A stretch of 64,000 nt of DNA from a virus (Duplodnaviria; Caudoviricetes), in IMG/VR virus record IMGVR_UViG_2648501152_000001, positions 1 to 64,000 of that record. One strand, written 5' to 3'. Below the pieces are notes generated by a model that was not told where the DNA came from, did not search any database, and saw only the letters and a list, made by a program, of their open reading frames with translations. Position numbers and translations under genes: made by a program. Each line of letters begins with the position of its first letter. Position 1 is the stretch's first letter. Of this stretch, positions 63,477 through 64,000 are shown in pieces.

Positions 63477-63776
63477 GTGGACTACGACGCCACCGGGAAT
63501 GATCTGGACGCCTACCTGCACGACTCGGACGAGTTGCGTGCGTATGTGCAGGAAGTGTGCGAGGTCGGCGCCGATATTTGGTCGGTCCGTTCTGTGTGGC
63601 GTACAGGGTTTAACGCCACCCATATCAGGGCGTATACGGATAGGGATCGCGACGGCGACATGATCGGCGTTATCGACGCGTGGGGACACTACGCCCGCTA
63701 CCGCGAGCACGGCACCCGCTACAACCAAGCCGAATCCATCCTCGCCGACTTCAAAGACGTTGTGGAAGGACTCTGA
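63477..63776 (+). CDS. Neck / HK97-gp10-like protein
   Basis: RTG...HYARYREHGT motif; position. Confidence 0.65.
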   Translation: MDYDATGNDLDAYLHDSDELRAYVQEVCEVGADIWSVRSVWRTGFNATHIRAYTDRDRDGDMIGVIDAWGHYARYREHGTRYNQAESILADFKDVVEGL

Positions 63777-64000
63777 TGGCCTACCCCGACGCCGAAACCG
63801 TGGTGTGTGCCCTGCTGGCTGATATTGCGCCTGCGGTGACGTATCGGACGGAGAAGACCCCACTTCCGTACATTTTTGTGCGTCGTGTCGGCGGCTCCGA
63901 GGACGGCATCACCGACCGCCCAATTATGCGGATCGAAACGCTCGCCGAAAACCGTGCAGCATCCAATGATCTCATGACCCAGGTTCGCACCCGCATCCTC
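63776..64000 (+). CDS. Tail terminator (partial, runs off window)
   Basis: MAYPDAE...LPYIFVRRVGG. Confidence 0.7.
   Translation, partial: MAYPDAETVVCALLADIAPAVTYRTEKTPLPYIFVRRVGGSEDGITDRPIMRIETLAENRAASNDLMTQVRTRIL

Overview
High-GC actinobacterial temperate siphophage or prophage (Rhodococcus/Gordonia/Nocardia-like host, inferred). Left to right: an integration cassette with three recombinase-related genes (serine integrase, an HNH/recombinase-domain fusion, tyrosine integrase); a repressor region; RecE/Bet recombination genes (Bet carries an intein); helicase, DNA methyltransferases, a replication initiator with iterons, primase-helicase, SSB, beta clamp, WhiB factors; many small accessory genes under a shared promoter/operator motif; an IS5-family insertion; ThyX and other nucleotide-metabolism genes; a tRNA/ncRNA island; then terminase, portal and head genes. 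The main finding lies between the minor capsid and scaffold genes on the minus strand. It is a TIGR-Tas-type RNA-guided locus: a 10-unit stem-loop array (each unit stem-CCA-9 nt-NG-N4-CCA-9 nt-YG-stem), an unknown 179-aa gene and a nuclease-less Nop/IS110-like Tas protein. Read as spacerA + revcomp(spacerB) with a shared central base, several guides match diverged versions of this phage's own scaffold and capsid genes, the two closest only at synonymous positions. This suggests programmable interference with related phages' head genes. All calls come from reading the sequence by eye; no database searches were run.
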